A DNA stretch of 63,881 bases, filler included, from Reclinomonas americana ATCC 50394 (lineage: Eukaryota): NCBI GenBank assembly GCA_048213135.1. It is 6 parts of 6 records of this genome, joined end to end, with 100 filler letters (N's around TTAATTAATTAA, not from the genome) between each part and the next. Parts side by side here need not be neighbours in the genome. Positions count along the whole stretch, not along the records: positions 62,567 to 63,881 come from PS015741.1; 5 more parts are not named here. The stretch is one strand, 5' to 3'. Made by a program: the position numbers and the translations under genes. This document shows, one piece after another, positions 62,568 to 63,881 of the stretch. The number at the start of each line of letters is the position of its first letter. Within the stretch, counting starts at the first letter, position 1. The notes below the pieces were generated by a model, which saw only the letters and a list, made by a program, of their open reading frames with translations, did not search any database and was not told the origin of the DNA.

Positions 62568-63031
62568 AACTGCACATCCAAATCGCCGTACGAAAACGTC
62601 TGCCCGTCCACTGTGCATGCACAAAGGCGATGAGTGGCACGCCGCGCACGAGTCCAGATCTTTGCCCCTCACCTGTGCACACCGCAAAGGAGAACAACTC
62701 GGGATCCACCTGCTGCAAGACGGGAATGTACGTCGGCACGCGACCCGTGTTGACCGTCTCTCGCACGTGCTCAAAAATCTCACACACGGTGATCTTGAAG
62801 GATCTGACAATGCGGCACACCGTCAGCAAGAGAGGGGAAGGCGTGTGCGCATGCGTGACGCAACTCGAAATCGGCCACCGCCAGATTTTGACTAATGGCG
62901 CGCTGCACAATGTTGACGCTGAGCATCATGTTGAGGAACTCGGGGAAGCGGATCATGCCGTCGCCGGTGACGTCCAGAGGGAGGAGTGCGGCCACAATGT
63001 CGGCGCGGTGTGGATTGAGGCCCCTCTGCAT
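62568..63031 (-). CDS. Glutaminase with an N-terminal EF-hand, internal fragment
   Basis: EF-hand DVTGDGMIRFPEF, then IVQRAISQNLAVADFESF and GRVPTYIPVLQQVDPELFSFAVCTVDGQTFSYGD. Confidence 0.85.
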
Positions 63032-63294
63032 GGGAAGTCAGCACGGGAAAAAGGAAAGGCTGATGTCACTCACACTTTTGTTGACACATGTATCATGGCG
63101 ACTGTCAGCATTTCCTGTTCTTCTTCTCTCTTTCTCCCTCTCACTTCTCTCAAGAAAGTCGACAACAGCAACACCATAGCGATCTTCTCCTTCTTCTCTC
63201 TCACTCACACACACTCTCGCCTCCAGAAGAACGCTTGATCATGACGTTCTTCGACATCGACATCATTGAGATTGCATCACCATCGTGATCCACT

Positions 63295-63800
63295 ACATCG
63301 CCATCCTGTTTCTTCTTCGCTCTGCCTGTCTCGCACACACTGCTCATCATGGTGGCTTCTTCTTCTACGTCTTCTCGCCTGTTCGCTGCTTTGACGGCGG
63401 CCAACACAACACGAGGGAGATCCTCCACATCACCACATTCTTCTTCAGCGCCATCCTCTTGCCTCCCAAAGTGGTTGGTTTGAGCATCACCATCGCCATT
63501 CTGCTTCTTCTTCTCTCGGCCTCTCTCGCACACACACATGGCGATCTTCTTCTTCTACATCTTCTTGTCTCTTCTCTACAATCACGGCGGCCAACAGAAC
63601 AAGAGGGAGATCCTCCTAATCACCACATTCTTCTCTTAATCGCCATCCTGCTTCTTCTTCTCTCGGCCTCTCTCGCACACACACTTCTCATCATGGTGCT
63701 CCTCTTCATCTACGTCGTCTTGTCTCTTCTCTGCATTCACGGCGGTAAACGCAACAACAGGGAAATCCTCTACATCACAACATCCTTCTTCAGCGCAAGC
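63295..63800. repeat. Degenerate tandem repeat, about 150-195 nt unit, at least 3 copies
   Basis: The blocks cttcttcttctctcggcctctctcgcacacac, acggcggccaac and gggagatcctc recur in units starting near 63300, 63496 and 63643. Confidence 0.75.
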
Positions 63801-63881
63801 CTCTCGCCTTTCATGCTGACTGGCATGGTGATCTCCGTTGGAGCTTCTTCTTCTCTCTGCCTTTTCTCTCTCTCTCTCTCT

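Noticed and set aside
1..63881. CRISPR arrays, rRNA, tRNA, snRNA, transposases, alternative genetic code
   Set aside because: None was seen by eye. TAA, TAG and TGA all act as stops, and apparent in-frame stops resolve as introns.

Overview
This is eukaryotic, GC-rich, very gene-dense and intron-rich DNA from a probable flagellated protist (an LRRC72-like gene is present). It is not prokaryotic. The window joins six scaffold pieces through N-flanked TTAATTAATTAA linkers (18165, 42640, 55150, 57480, 62511), and several gap-bounded contigs are misoriented. By manual splicing I recognise about 22 genes. They are a Gly/Ser-repeat fibre-like protein, two tandem bacterial-type dCTP deaminases, a double U-box protein, COMMD1, HID1, an M16 peptidase, two STAND NTPases, an FN3-repeat heme peroxidase, a secreted I78-like protein, PRMT5, exportin-6, a DoxX-like membrane protein head-to-head with ovothiol synthase OvoA, LRRC72, a WD40 protein, CCDC12/Cwf18, a kinesin-3, an Ariadne RBR ligase, a DUF155/RMD1 protein, Ras (first exon) and a glutaminase. 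The main signal is a large second class of 5' splice sites. More than 30 frame-supported introns begin GTTGCGT, GTTGAGT, GTTTCGT or GTTGTGT, which is the organism's normal donor motif moved 1 nt downstream. This class occurs almost only when the exon does not end in G. All gene models are by-eye inferences without transcript data.
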